A stretch of DNA of 64,000 bases from Ruditapes philippinarum (Eukaryota). The stretch is from the NCBI RefSeq assembly GCF_026571515.1, contig NW_026853285.1:372001-436000 (forward strand), read 5' to 3'. Made by a program: the position numbers and the translations under genes. This document shows, in pieces, positions 63,276 through 64,000 of the stretch; position 1 is the first letter of the stretch, and each line of letters begins with the position of its first letter. A model generated the notes under the pieces. That model worked only from the letters and a program-made list of their open reading frames with translations, did not search any database and had not been told where the DNA came from.

Positions 63276-64000
63276 TCAGTAAACCAAACACTCAAGTCTG
63301 TTAATCCATGTCAAATAGCTTCAATTTGAAATATTTTTGTATTACATCAGTGTGTCTTTATATTGATGTCATGTCTGAGTTAATTCATATCAATAACCAA
63401 TTTCCTAAAATCCGTTTAATTTTGTCATATTTGATCTTATTTAAAACAATCTATAACACGTGAAAATTTCTCCGTTTTATATGAAAACGACAAGGCAAAT
63501 ACTCGTGACCATATTCCTGCTTATTTATCGCTCTACATTGCAAGTACATAGCATAATTTATCCGCAGTAATATATGTTAGTCCATACTTTTTATTTTGTT
63601 GTCTCCATTCTAACACGACATTTAGTAAGACTATTTAATTGTTATATTATTGTTACCTCAGCTAATAAGGAATAAAATCAACTTCAAAATAATTTACTTT
63701 TTGAAACGCTTCAATCTCATTTTATCTTCGTCTTTTATGCTTGACACTTATAAAATGTGAAATTTTGATGATCTTAGTGGTATATAACTTGTGAGTCAAA
63801 ACGAACATAAATAATTTTTAAAAAAATCGTTATCTAATTATAAGTAGGTTTTCTATCCTCTATCTGCATGCAAGAAAAAGAATATTTGAAATTGATAACA
63901 TTCTGAGATTGCAGCTGCCTAAATAAATACAATATGCGGAGAACACATTAATGAGAGAAATTTTCACGTGTTACAAATTGTTTTAAATTTGATCAAATAT
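63276..64000. mobile_element. Duplicate of the long-TIR element, internally shorter, right TIR cut by window end
   Basis: Left TIR 63276-63471, right TIR begins ~63954. Confidence 0.85.

Larger units (their letters stand above)
59965..64000 (+). repeat. GPCR-containing duplicated block, copy 2 (runs off the window)
   Basis: Starts at TTGCTAAATATA directly after the minisatellite; colinear with 41208-46772. Confidence 0.95.

Overview
AT-rich eukaryotic genomic DNA, most likely a bivalve mollusc (inferred from the repeat repertoire, not proven). The only intact protein-coding gene is an intronless class A (rhodopsin-like) orphan GPCR (43319-44758, minus strand). A near-identical second copy (61556-62987) is broken by an 8-bp deletion and has lost its first ATG. 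The rest is repeats: a ~11.5-kb tandem block present twice (4972-16229 and 16773-28397, with older diverged pieces to ~33.6 kb), tRNA-derived SINEs and pseudo-tRNAs, Helentron/HINE-like elements, palindromic MITEs, LINE and BEL/Pao integrase remnants, a probable tRNA-in-LTR TRIM and a minisatellite. Parts of the first block copy show homopolymer inflation typical of uncorrected long-read sequence, so one or both duplications may be uncollapsed haplotypes. The most unusual signal is a set of non-coding elements with dissimilar bodies but one architecture: a terminal long hairpin whose core is CGAG-(mini hairpin)-CGAG (tandem G.A pairs on one strand only), followed by a short repeat whose inverted partner ends the element. 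All alignments were made by eye; coordinates of degenerate repeats are approximate.
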